The notes beneath the pieces are model-generated. The model worked only from the letters and a program-made list of their open reading frames with translations, did not search any database and was not told where the DNA came from. The position numbers were made by a program, and so were the translations under genes. This document shows positions 1-8,778 of a stretch of 64,000 nucleotides of DNA, piece by piece; positions within the stretch are counted from its first letter, which is position 1, and the number at the start of each line of letters is the position of its first letter. This stretch comes from Cryomorphaceae bacterium BACL11 MAG-121001-bin54 (lineage in GTDB: Bacteria > Bacteroidota > Bacteroidia > Flavobacteriales > BACL11): contig CAJJAH010000007.1 in the NCBI GenBank assembly GCA_905182255.1, positions 14,532-78,531 on the forward strand. Reading direction: 5' to 3'.

Positions 1-941
1 AAATTAACTCCAAAAATAGTATCCGGGCGAGTTGTAAATACTTCTATTTCGTTTTCAGAATTTTCCAATTTGAAAATTACAGAAACACCTTTAGATTTTC
101 CTATCCAATTTTTTTGGATTTCTTTTATTGAATCAGACCAATCTACTGCATCTAATCCTGAAATTAACCTGTCAGCATAAGCAGTGATTCTTAATGACCA
201 TTGCTTCATTAGCTTCTGTTCAACAGGAAAACCTCCTCTTTCTGATAAACCATCCTTCACCTCATCATTAGCTAATACTGTTCCTAAGCCTTCACACCAG
301 TTTACCCAAGTGTCTGATAAAAATGCTAAACGATAATTCAATAGCACTTTTTCTTTTTCAGAATCTGTAAAGCTACCCCAATTTTTAGCTGAAAATTTTT
401 GTGTATTATCATCACAAACTGCTTGCGTGTTATGATTTCCTTTTTTTTCAAAATGATCTACCAATTCAGTAATTGGCATGGCCTTATCATTTGTAGTGCA
501 ATAATAAGAACTGAATAATTGCTTAAAAATCCACTGCGTCCATTTATAATAATTGGGGTCAGAGGTCTGCACCTCTCTACTCCAGTCGAATGAAAAACCA
601 ATTCGATCTAGCTGTTTTCTGTACCTTTCTGTATTATCTTTTGTAGCAACTGCAGGGTGAATTCCTGTCTGTATAGCATATTGTTCAGTTGGCAAACCAA
701 AAGAATCATATCCCATAGGATGCAAAACATTAAAGCCCTTTAATTTTTTATAACGAGCATATATATCAGAGGCAATATAACCCAAAGGATGACCAACATG
801 TAGTCCTGCTCCTGAAGGGTAGGGAAACATATCCAACACGTAGTATTTTTGCTTACTTGTATCTTCCGAAACCTTATACGTCTCGTTCTTCTTCCAGAAA
901 GCCTGCCATTTTTTTTCTATCTTGTTAAAATTGTAATCCAT
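1..941 (-). CDS. leuS: leucine--tRNA ligase, N-terminal part (continues beyond window start)
   Basis: Own translation of minus strand from ATG at 941: [24 protein letters not shown]...[29 protein letters not shown]. Class I HIGH-type motif (HVGH). Frame stays open to position 1. Absent from ORF track because truncated. Confidence 0.9.
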   Translation of the reverse strand, partial: MDYNFNKIEKKWQAFWKKNETYKVSEDTSKQKYYVLDMFPYPSGAGLHVGHPLGYIASDIYARYKKLKGFNVLHPMGYDSFGLPTEQYAIQTGIHPAVATKDNTERYRKQLDRIGFSFDWSREVQTSDPNYYKWTQWIFKQLFSSYYCTTNDKAMPITELVDHFEKKGNHNTQAVCDDNTQKFSAKNWGSFTDSEKEKVLLNYRLAFLSDTWVNWCEGLGTVLANDEVKDGLSERGGFPVEQKLMKQWSLRITAYADRLISGLDAVDWSDSIKEIQKNWIGKSKGVSVIFKLENSENEIEVFTTRPDTIFGVN

Positions 942-962
942 CTTATAATATTATTCTATTTG

Positions 963-970
963 CAAAGTTA
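963..970 (-). promoter_or_regulatory. -7 promoter box TAacTTTG upstream of leuS
   Basis: Matches Bacteroidota sigma-A -7 consensus TAnnTTTG. About 21 nt upstream of ATG 941. Confidence 0.5.
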
Positions 971-1019
971 ATGAATAACATCAAATAGTAATTTGTATTT
1001 TTATATTTTAGCAAACTAT

Positions 1020-1898
1020 ATGAAAACAGGCAATAACACATCATTAAATAGGCGAATTTTATCGTCATCCGCATCAGTTGTGATTAGCTTATCCTTAGTG
1101 TTGTTTGTAATTGGACTACTTGGCCTTGTTCTAATAAATGCACAAAGACTATCAAATTATGTAAAGGAGAATATTGGCTTTACTATTATGCTTAAGGAAG
1201 GAGTAAATGAAATAGAAATTATGAATTTTCAAAAGACATTAGATGCTGCCGACTTTGCAAAAAGCAGCACTTTTGTGTCAAAAGAACAAGCCACAAAGGA
1301 CTTGCAAAATGATTTGGGAGAAGATTTTGTTTCTTTTTTAGGATACAGCCCCCTTTTAGCCTCATTTGATATAAAATTAAATGCTAGTTACGCTAACACA
1401 GACAGCCTTACATTTATCAAGGCTGAATTGAGTAATTATCCATTAGTTCACACTATTTTTTATCAAGAAAATTTAATTGACAAACTCAATAGCAATGTAA
1501 ATCGACTAAGCTTTTTCTTATTTTCATTTTGTCTTTTATTGTTCGTCATAGCTTTTGCGCTTATCAACAATACCATACGTCTTTCTGTTTATTCCAAACG
1601 ATTTTTAATACGAACAATGAAGCTTGTTGGAGCAACAAATAGCTTTATACAAAGGCCTTTTTTAATTAAAGGAATATACCAAGGAATATACAGCTCTATT
1701 TTTGCTATTTTCATGCTCATTGGATCTATACAGCTAATACAAAGCGAAACAGCAAGCATGCTAAACATTACGGATTTAAAAATTATTGGATTGATATTTA
1801 TTCTTATATTTATCTTCGGGTTTTTTCTCAGTTGGATATCTACATTTTTTGCAGTAAGAAAATTTATTAAACAAAACGAAAGCGAACTTTACAACTAA
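1020..1898 (+). CDS. ftsX: cell division protein FtsX-like permease
   Basis: ORF track 993..1898. First ATG at 1020 (MKTGNN...) preferred over TTG at 993. N-terminal TM, extracytoplasmic domain, three C-terminal TMs, MKLVGATNSFIQRPF motif typical of FtsX. Confidence 0.8.
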   Translation: MKTGNNTSLNRRILSSSASVVISLSLVLFVIGLLGLVLINAQRLSNYVKENIGFTIMLKEGVNEIEIMNFQKTLDAADFAKSSTFVSKEQATKDLQNDLGEDFVSFLGYSPLLASFDIKLNASYANTDSLTFIKAELSNYPLVHTIFYQENLIDKLNSNVNRLSFFLFSFCLLLFVIAFALINNTIRLSVYSKRFLIRTMKLVGATNSFIQRPFLIKGIYQGIYSSIFAIFMLIGSIQLIQSETASMLNITDLKIIGLIFILIFIFGFFLSWISTFFAVRKFIKQNESELYN

Positions 1899-1908
1899 AA
1901 CATTAACT

Positions 1909-2130
1909 ATGGACTTTGCATTTTCAAAAAAGAATTACATTTTATTATTTGTCGGATTAGCTTTTATGGCAAGCGGACTAATCTTGATGATTGGTGGTGA
2001 ATCGGATGACCCATTAGTATTTTCAGATGAAATATTTAATACTACTCGCTTAACAATCGCTCCTATTTTGCTTGCAGCAGGTTTTATTACTGAAATATTT
2101 GCTATAATGTATAAAGAGAAACAAGCTTAA
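1909..2130 (+). CDS. small two-TM membrane protein (DUF3098-like, typical ftsX neighbour in Bacteroidota)
   Basis: 73 aa with two hydrophobic helices. Position between ftsX and uppP matches what I recall for DUF3098. Confidence 0.5.
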   Translation: MDFAFSKKNYILLFVGLAFMASGLILMIGGESDDPLVFSDEIFNTTRLTIAPILLAAGFITEIFAIMYKEKQA

Positions 2131-2133
2131 CAC

Positions 2134-2925
2134 ATGGAAATTATAAATGCTATTATCCTTGGAATTATTCAAGGACTAACTGAATTTTTACCAGTTAGTA
2201 GTAGTGGGCACTTGGAAGTTGCAAAAGCCATTTTAGGAGAAAAAAAAGTAGGTGAAGAAAGCCTACTTATGACTGTAGTTCTGCATTTTGCTACAGCACT
2301 TTCTACAATTATTATTTTTCGAAAGGATGTTATAGAAATTTTAAACGGATTATTACAGTTCAAAAATAATGATTCTTTCATGTTCTCTTTAAAAATTATT
2401 CTTTCAATGATACCGGCTGCTCTTGTAGGCGTTTTTTTTAATGATGAAATAGAGGCTCTTTTCGGGGGAGCCTTAACACTTGTAGGGGGCATGCTTATAA
2501 TTACTGGTTTATTATTATTCCTTGCTGACAAAGCAAAATCATCAGATAAAAAAGTAGGTATTAAACATGCTATTCTTATTGGAATATCACAAGCTATTGC
2601 CATCTTACCTGGGATTTCTAGATCAGGAGCAACCATTTCAACAGCTGTACTACTAGGCATAGACAAAGAAAAAGCAGCACGCTTCTCATTCTTAATGGTT
2701 GTCCCATTAATCTTTGGTAAAATGGCTAAAGATATATTATCTGGAAATATAAATTATGAAACCACCACTTTTACTCCACTAATAATAGGTTTTATTTTTG
2801 CTTTTTTCACAGGCATGTTTGCTTGTAAATGGATGATCAAATTAGTAAAAAGCAGTCAATTGAAATATTTTGCTTATTACTGTTTTGCAATTGGAGGAAT
2901 TGTAATGGCTTCGTCCCTTATATAA
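2134..2925 (+). CDS. uppP: undecaprenyl-diphosphate phosphatase
   Basis: GLTEFLPVSSSGHL and PGISRSGATI motifs, polytopic membrane protein of 263 aa. Confidence 0.92.
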   Translation: MEIINAIILGIIQGLTEFLPVSSSGHLEVAKAILGEKKVGEESLLMTVVLHFATALSTIIIFRKDVIEILNGLLQFKNNDSFMFSLKIILSMIPAALVGVFFNDEIEALFGGALTLVGGMLIITGLLLFLADKAKSSDKKVGIKHAILIGISQAIAILPGISRSGATISTAVLLGIDKEKAARFSFLMVVPLIFGKMAKDILSGNINYETTTFTPLIIGFIFAFFTGMFACKWMIKLVKSSQLKYFAYYCFAIGGIVMASSLI

Positions 2926-2926
2926 T

Positions 2927-3631
2927 ATGGAAAAATTCCCTGATACTGTACAGGATTTTTTGGATGGGCAAATCCTTTTAATTAACAAACCTTTGGGGTG
3001 GACTTCTTTTGCCGTAGTGAAAAAAATTAAAAACCTCATTCGCACAAAATATAGTTTGAAAAAACTCAAAGTAGGGCATGCCGGCACTTTAGATCCTTTA
3101 GCTACTGGATTACTCATTGTATGTACTGGTAAATTTACTAAACGAATTTCTGAATTGCAAGGGCAAACAAAGGTCTACACTGGAGACATAACTTTAGGAA
3201 AAACTACTCCAAGTTATGATTTAGAAACAGAAATAGATGCTGAATTTGCAACTGATCATATTTCTGAACCCCTCGTTAAAGCAACTACTGCACAATTTAT
3301 TGGAGAGATAGATCAGAAACCACCTATATATTCAGCTTTAAAAAGAGGAGGAGAGCGACTGTACAAAAAAGCAAGAAGAGGAGAGAACTTTGAAATTAAA
3401 TCAAGAAAAGTAAGTGTTCATTCTTTTGATATTATAGGTTTCAAAATTCCAAAAGTAAGTTTTGAAATAAAATGTAGTAAAGGAACCTACATACGATCCA
3501 TAGCACATGATTTTGGGACTGCATTAAACAGTGGATCTCATCTTTCAAAATTATGCCGTACAGCTATTGGAGATCATCAATTAGCAAACTCCCTAGATTT
3601 ATCTGATTTTGAAAAGCAACTAAACAGCTAA
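2927..3631 (+). CDS. truB: tRNA pseudouridine(55) synthase
   Basis: KVGHAGTLDPLATGLL catalytic-Asp motif, 234 aa. Confidence 0.92.
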   Translation: MEKFPDTVQDFLDGQILLINKPLGWTSFAVVKKIKNLIRTKYSLKKLKVGHAGTLDPLATGLLIVCTGKFTKRISELQGQTKVYTGDITLGKTTPSYDLETEIDAEFATDHISEPLVKATTAQFIGEIDQKPPIYSALKRGGERLYKKARRGENFEIKSRKVSVHSFDIIGFKIPKVSFEIKCSKGTYIRSIAHDFGTALNSGSHLSKLCRTAIGDHQLANSLDLSDFEKQLNS

Positions 3632-3658
3632 TCACTTGACTTCTGCTTGTCAATACTT

Positions 3659-3666
3659 TATATTTG
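3659..3666 (+). promoter_or_regulatory. -7 promoter box TAtaTTTG upstream of queA
   Basis: TAnnTTTG with a TTG at 3636-3638 (20-nt spacing). Implies a leader of about 55 nt. Confidence 0.55.
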
Positions 3667-3725
3667 CGGCCTTAAAATTCGACCTTTCTGGAGTTTCCTA
3701 AAGGTAACACTAAAACTAAAATTCT

Positions 3726-4781
3726 ATGAAATATAAATTGTCAATGTTTAAGTTTGACTTACCACAAACAAGAATTGCAGATAAACCTATTGAAAACCGT
3801 GAAGATGCTAAACTAATGGTTATTCACAGATCAACAGGAGAAATAGAACACAAAACAGTAGCTAATCTTGGTGATTATTTTGATGAAGGAGATGTAATAG
3901 CAACAAACAATACAAAAGTGTTTCCAGCAAGACTTTATGCAAATAAAGAAAAGACTGGTGCAATGATTGAGGTGTTTTTGTTAAGAGAATTGAACCAAGA
4001 AAATAGACTTTGGGATGTACTAGTTGACCCAGCAAGAAAAATAAGAATCGGTAATAAATTATTTTTTGGTGATAATGACGAATTAATTGCTGAAGTAATT
4101 GATAATACAACTTCAAGAGGGAGAACATTACGTTTCCTTTTTGACGGAACCCATGATGAATTCAAAGAAACCTTAACTGCGTTAGGGAAAACACCCTTAC
4201 CAAAGCATATTGACAGAGAGCCAACTGAAGAGGATACTGAGCGTTTTCAAACAATATACGCTAAGCATGATGGGTCAATTTCAGCACCAACTGCAGGAAT
4301 GCACTTTAGTAAGATACTAATGAAACAAATGGAACTAAAGGGAGTGGAATTTGCAGAGACAACTTTACATGTAGGTCTAGGAACCTTTAATGATATTATG
4401 GTAGAGGATCTTTCAAAGCATAAAATGGAATCAGAAGAAATTATCATTCCAGATGATGCTGCTATAAAAATTAACAGAGCAAAAAATTCAAGAAGAAAAA
4501 TTTGTGCTGTAGGAACAACTGTAATGCGTACTTTGGAGAGTTCAGTTTCTACTAAAAGTGAAGTTATTCCATTTACGGGATGGACTAATATCTTTTTGTT
4601 TCCACCACACACCTACCAAATTGCGAATTGTATGCTAACTAATTTCCATTTACCGAAATCATCATTAATGATGCAAGTAGCAGCATTTTCAGGATTAGAT
4701 CTTTTGAAGAAAGCCTACAAAGAGGCTTTAAAAAATAAATACAACTTCCATACTTATGGAGATGCTATGCTAATTCTATAA
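3726..4781 (+). CDS. queA: S-adenosylmethionine:tRNA ribosyltransferase-isomerase
   Basis: N-terminal [11 protein letters not shown], internal [11 protein letters not shown]-terminal HTYGDAMLI. 351 aa. Confidence 0.92.
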   Translation: MKYKLSMFKFDLPQTRIADKPIENREDAKLMVIHRSTGEIEHKTVANLGDYFDEGDVIATNNTKVFPARLYANKEKTGAMIEVFLLRELNQENRLWDVLVDPARKIRIGNKLFFGDNDELIAEVIDNTTSRGRTLRFLFDGTHDEFKETLTALGKTPLPKHIDREPTEEDTERFQTIYAKHDGSISAPTAGMHFSKILMKQMELKGVEFAETTLHVGLGTFNDIMVEDLSKHKMESEEIIIPDDAAIKINRAKNSRRKICAVGTTVMRTLESSVSTKSEVIPFTGWTNIFLFPPHTYQIANCMLTNFHLPKSSLMMQVAAFSGLDLLKKAYKEALKNKYNFHTYGDAMLIL

Positions 4782-4782
4782 A

Positions 4783-5430
4783 ATGCAGAAAATAGCTTTA
4801 ATAGTTGCTGGAGGGAAGGGGGAGCGCATGAATACGAGTATCCCGAAACAGTTTTTACTATTACATAGCAAACCTATACTGATGCATACTTTAAAACAAT
4901 TCTCTCACTTTAAGGAAATTGTTTTGGTTTTACCTCCATTTCAATTTGAATATTGGAAAGAACTATGCAACAGCTATAACTTTACACAAAAGCATACATT
5001 AGTTGCTGGTGGTGAAACTCGTTTTCACTCAGTAAAGAATGGATTAGTCAGAATAGCAGACAATACTATTGTTGCTATTCATGATGGTGTTCGCCCTCTT
5101 ACTTCTACTAAATTAATTAACAACTTAGTTGCTAAATCTAAAAATGGAATTGGAGTAATTCCTATTATCCCAGTTAAAGATTCATATAGAAAAGTTGAGA
5201 ATGGTGAATCAATACAAATTGATAGAAATAATTTGTTTAGAGTTCAAACTCCACAATGTTTTATAAGTAATGATATAAAAAAAGCTTACACACAAAAATA
5301 TTTATCCATTTTTACTGATGACGCTACAGTATTTGAAGCAAATGGCGGAAAAATAAATACTGTTTTAGGTGAGGAGAAGAATCTTAAAATTACAACTGAG
5401 AAAGATTTAAAAATTATTGAAATTTTATAA
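4783..5430 (+). CDS. ispD: 2-C-methyl-D-erythritol 4-phosphate cytidylyltransferase
   Basis: IVAGGKGERM N-terminal motif, VAIHDGVRP, 215 aa. Confidence 0.88.
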   Translation: MQKIALIVAGGKGERMNTSIPKQFLLLHSKPILMHTLKQFSHFKEIVLVLPPFQFEYWKELCNSYNFTQKHTLVAGGETRFHSVKNGLVRIADNTIVAIHDGVRPLTSTKLINNLVAKSKNGIGVIPIIPVKDSYRKVENGESIQIDRNNLFRVQTPQCFISNDIKKAYTQKYLSIFTDDATVFEANGGKINTVLGEEKNLKITTEKDLKIIEIL

Positions 5431-5526
5431 TAGAGATTAGTTTTTTATGAGTTTTAAATCGCCAAAGAAGATGGTATTGGAATAAAAATAATTAGGGAGG
5501 AGCCTGTACTTTTATTGCAATATGTG

Positions 5527-6657
5527 CTAGATAATTTGAATAAAACAATCTGGGGTAAATTTCAATCCATCCATATTCTTAATTAAATTAACCCCAGGAA
5601 CTTTTCCTTTTTCAAAAGTCCCTAACTGCTCAAAACCTAAAGCCTTTGCACCATTCTTACTTGATATCTTAAGTAGTGTGTTCAAATCAAAATTTGAATT
5701 ATTCTGAATTACTATAATTTCATCTAAAATTGAAAGAGAATTATTAGAGGCCAAGCTATCAGTTCCTACGCATAATTTATCGGTATCAAATATAGAATAA
5801 TCGGGTAAATTATTTTCAATAAACAAATTTGCTCTTGGGCAGGTACAGTAATAGTTTTCTGTAATATCTTCTTTTTTAGCAAAAGTATTATGCACTAATA
5901 ATATCTTTTTACCTGATAATTCTTGTAAAATGTCAGTTGGTTTATTTCTACTTCCCCAAATACTTAAACAAGCATTCATGCTGTTTAACCAATCAAAAAA
6001 AGCACCCTTTTTATATTCAAAAAGCTGATTTTCTTCATTTGTTTCTTGCATGTGAATCGTTAATAATTCATCAGTATCATCAAAAAAATTGTTAATCTTT
6101 TTCATTAAAACTGGAGGCACAGAATAAGGCGCATGCGGTACAATACTTGCTTTTTGACCAGCAAATCTAAATTTATTTCTCAACTCTATTGCTTGATTAA
6201 AAACAGTATCAACTTTATTTAAATCAACACCAAAAGTTTCTATAAAATTATAATATTTCAAATTCTCTTTTTGCTTTTTCTGTAGAGTATCAATTTTATT
6301 GCAAATATCTCCAACACCAACGATTCCATTGGTAATCATTTCTTGTTCTGCATTTTCAATAGCCTGTTTTTTAGCAGCGACTGAATAATTATCTCTTAAA
6401 CTTATTGTTTTCGAAAACTCCAAAAAACCTTGTCCTTTTTCGGCTCTTCCTTTTAAATGTGAAAGCTCCAAATGACAATGTGCATTCACAAATCCAGGAC
6501 ATAGTATTCCATTAAATATCTCTAATTTATCTTGATTTACTTCTCTCCTATTTTTAAAAATAGCAATAACCTGCCCATCATCAGAAATTTGTAAAACACC
6601 ATTTTTTATTGGATTAGTATGTAAAGGAAATAAATAATCGGCTGTTAAAAATCGCAT
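5527..6657 (-). CDS. metal-dependent amidohydrolase family protein (chlorohydrolase/deaminase-like)
   Basis: NAHCHLELSHL (HxH metal site) and downstream His/Asp positions. Start moved to MRFLTADY (ATG 6657), because the track extension to 6708 overlaps the rlmN start and a promoter box sits 4 nt upstream of 6657. Confidence 0.75.
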   Translation of the reverse strand: MRFLTADYLFPLHTNPIKNGVLQISDDGQVIAIFKNRREVNQDKLEIFNGILCPGFVNAHCHLELSHLKGRAEKGQGFLEFSKTISLRDNYSVAAKKQAIENAEQEMITNGIVGVGDICNKIDTLQKKQKENLKYYNFIETFGVDLNKVDTVFNQAIELRNKFRFAGQKASIVPHAPYSVPPVLMKKINNFFDDTDELLTIHMQETNEENQLFEYKKGAFFDWLNSMNACLSIWGSRNKPTDILQELSGKKILLVHNTFAKKEDITENYYCTCPRANLFIENNLPDYSIFDTDKLCVGTDSLASNNSLSILDEIIVIQNNSNFDLNTLLKISSKNGAKALGFEQLGTFEKGKVPGVNLIKNMDGLKFTPDCFIQII

Positions 6658-6661
6658 AGCA

Positions 6662-6669
6662 CAAAAGTA
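6662..6669 (-). promoter_or_regulatory. -7 promoter box TActTTTG, 4 nt upstream of amidohydrolase ATG
   Basis: Reverse complement of caaaagta. N4 spacing to ATG 6657. Confidence 0.55.
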
Positions 6670-6672
6670 ATA

Positions 6673-6680
6673 TATCTTTG
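6673..6680 (+). promoter_or_regulatory. -7 promoter box TAtcTTTG upstream of rlmN
   Basis: 8 nt upstream of ATG 6689. Back to back with the divergent box at 6662-6669. Confidence 0.55.
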
Positions 6681-6688
6681 CAAAAGAA

Positions 6689-7729
6689 ATGAAAGAAAAA
6701 AAAGACATAAGAAATACAAGCGTAGAGGTCTTACAGAAGTTCTACGAAGAGCACAAGCTGCCTAAATTTAGAGCCAAACAAGTGCAAGAATGGTTATGGA
6801 AAAAAAAAGCAGTTTCTTTTGACGAAATGACTTCACTTTCAAAATCTATGCGCGACCTTTTTGCAAACCATTTCAGTATTAATGCAGTTAAAATTCACAA
6901 AGGGGAAAGAAGTATAGACGGGACAATAAAGTACAGTTTACAACTATACGATAATTTGTTAGTAGAAGGAGTTTTAATCCCTTCTAAAAATCGATTAACC
7001 GCATGCGTATCCTCTCAAGTTGGCTGTAGCTTAGCTTGTGAATTTTGTGCAACCGGAACATTGAAATTAGCTCGTAATTTAACCGCTGCAGAAATATATG
7101 ATCAGGTTTTTATTCTTAATGAAGAGGCAATTTCTAATTTTGGGAAGCCCCTTTCAAATATCGTATTCATGGGAATGGGAGAGCCTTTGTTAAACTATAA
7201 TTCAGTATTAGAGAGTATTAGCCTAATTACAACTGAAAAAGGACTCGGGATGTCTCCCAAAAGAATTACTGTTTCAACAGCAGGTATTGCTAAAATGATA
7301 AAAAAATTAGGTGATGATGGAGTCCGTTTTAATTTAGCTATTTCTCTACATTCAGCAAGCGATAGTAAAAGAGATATTATCATGCCCATTAACAAGAAAA
7401 TTAACCTTGAAGAACTTAGAGAGTCTGTTCGTTATTTTTATGATAAAACAGGAAGTAGAGTTACTTATGAATATATTCTGTTTAAGGATCTTAATGATAG
7501 TATTGAGGACGCTCAAAAATTAGTTCAATTTTCCAAGGCAGGTCCCTGTAAAATCAACTTAATTGAATACAATACAGTTGAGGATTTGCCATATGAAAGG
7601 TCATCTAATAGAGTTACTGAACAATTTATGAAATACTTAGAAGAACGTAACATTCTCGTTACCCTAAGAAAAAGTAAAGGAAAGGATATTAATGCTGCTT
7701 GTGGGCAATTAGTAAATAAACTAAAATAG
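6689..7729 (+). CDS. rlmN: 23S rRNA (adenine2503-C2)-methyltransferase, radical SAM
   Basis: CSLACEFCATG radical-SAM CxxxCxxC, GMGEPLLN, C-terminal AACGQL. Confidence 0.92.
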   Translation: MKEKKDIRNTSVEVLQKFYEEHKLPKFRAKQVQEWLWKKKAVSFDEMTSLSKSMRDLFANHFSINAVKIHKGERSIDGTIKYSLQLYDNLLVEGVLIPSKNRLTACVSSQVGCSLACEFCATGTLKLARNLTAAEIYDQVFILNEEAISNFGKPLSNIVFMGMGEPLLNYNSVLESISLITTEKGLGMSPKRITVSTAGIAKMIKKLGDDGVRFNLAISLHSASDSKRDIIMPINKKINLEELRESVRYFYDKTGSRVTYEYILFKDLNDSIEDAQKLVQFSKAGPCKINLIEYNTVEDLPYERSSNRVTEQFMKYLEERNILVTLRKSKGKDINAACGQLVNKLK

Positions 7730-7774
7730 ATTTCAATAAAGCTATTTACAAGTTTTCCCACAGAGAAATCTTTA

Positions 7775-7782
7775 TATATTTG
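7775..7782 (+). promoter_or_regulatory. -7 promoter box TAtaTTTG upstream of polyprenyl synthase
   Basis: TAnnTTTG 21 nt upstream of TTG start 7804. Confidence 0.5.
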
Positions 7783-7803
7783 TAGTTCTAATTAACATCT
7801 ATC

Positions 7804-8778
7804 TTGTCTATAATAAAAAACATAAAAGCTCCTATTAAAGAGGAAATGAATTTATTTGAAAAGAGGTTCAAAGATTCCTTAAGGAGTAATGTTTCTTTAT
7901 TAGATAAAATAATGCATTACATCATAAAAAGAAAAGGAAAGCAAATGCGACCAATGTTTGTTTTTTTATCAGCAAAGCTCTTTGGTAAATTTGAAGAAAA
8001 TACTTACCGTGCAGCATCCATGATTGAATTATTACACACCGCAACTTTAGTGCACGATGATGTAATTGATGAAGCTAATTTTAGAAGAGGGTTTTTTTCC
8101 ATAAACTCAATATGGAAAAATAAAATTGCTGTACTTGTTGGTGATTTTCTTTTAAGTAGAGGTTTGTTATTAGCGGTGAAAAATGAGGAGTTTGAGCTCT
8201 TAAAAATAATGAGTACAGCTGTTCAGGACATGAGTGAGGGAGAGCTTTTACAAATTGAAAAAGCACGAAAACTTGATATTACTGAAGAGGTCTATTTTAA
8301 TATTATTCGTCAAAAAACAGCATCCTTAATTGCTGCTTGTTGTGCTAGTGGAGCTAACTCTGTAGGGCAAAATAAAGAAGTAGTTGAAAACATGCGCTTA
8401 TTTGGTGAAAAAGCAGGAATAGCTTTTCAAATAAAAGATGATTTATTTGACTATACACAAAGCCCCCTTATAGGTAAACCAACTGGCATCGATATTCGAG
8501 AACAAAAAATGACACTTCCCTTAATATACACTTTAAATACTGTAGAAAAAAAACAGAAAAATTACATTATCAATATCATAAAAAATCATCACAAGGATGA
8601 TGAAAAAGTAGCAGAAGTTATAGCTCTTGTTAAAAAAAGCGGAGGGCTAGAATATGCTAAAAAAAGAATGTATGAATATCACAATACTGCCCTTGATTTA
8701 TTAAACCTATTTAATGAAAATCAGGCAAAAGAATCCTTAATATTATTGTTGGATTATGTTGTAAACCGCCAAAAATGA
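7804..8778 (+). CDS. polyprenyl diphosphate synthase (octaprenyl/solanesyl type)
   Basis: Two Asp-rich motifs, LVHDDVIDE and QIKDDLFD. TTG start at 7804 as in the track (alternative ATG at 7846). Confidence 0.85.
   Translation: MSIIKNIKAPIKEEMNLFEKRFKDSLRSNVSLLDKIMHYIIKRKGKQMRPMFVFLSAKLFGKFEENTYRAASMIELLHTATLVHDDVIDEANFRRGFFSINSIWKNKIAVLVGDFLLSRGLLLAVKNEEFELLKIMSTAVQDMSEGELLQIEKARKLDITEEVYFNIIRQKTASLIAACCASGANSVGQNKEVVENMRLFGEKAGIAFQIKDDLFDYTQSPLIGKPTGIDIREQKMTLPLIYTLNTVEKKQKNYIINIIKNHHKDDEKVAEVIALVKKSGGLEYAKKRMYEYHNTALDLLNLFNENQAKESLILLLDYVVNRQK

Noticed and set aside
993-1019. N-terminal extensions in the ORF track: ftsX from TTG 993, amidohydrolase to 6708, acyl-CoA dehydrogenase from GTG 25226, S41 peptidase to 23101, OmpA-like to 55819, ABC ATPase from TTG 11782, BNR protein from TTG 44168.
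   Set aside because: In each case a downstream ATG gives a sensible N-terminus (a signal peptide or a conserved start). It also removes overlap with a promoter box or a neighbouring gene.
2169-2666. 165-aa ORF antisense to uppP. The same pattern occurs at 4247..4612 (antisense to queA), 23785..24195 (antisense to hemD) and 49432..49830 (antisense to dxs).
   Set aside because: Each lies entirely inside a strongly supported conserved gene on the opposite strand. The translations are low-complexity with no recognisable motifs. They are typical shadow ORFs.
5447-5485. 12-codon mini-ORF (MSFKSPKKMVLE) in the ispD/amidohydrolase convergent spacer.
   Set aside because: There is no promoter box and nothing to suggest conservation or function. 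An ORF of this size is expected by chance.
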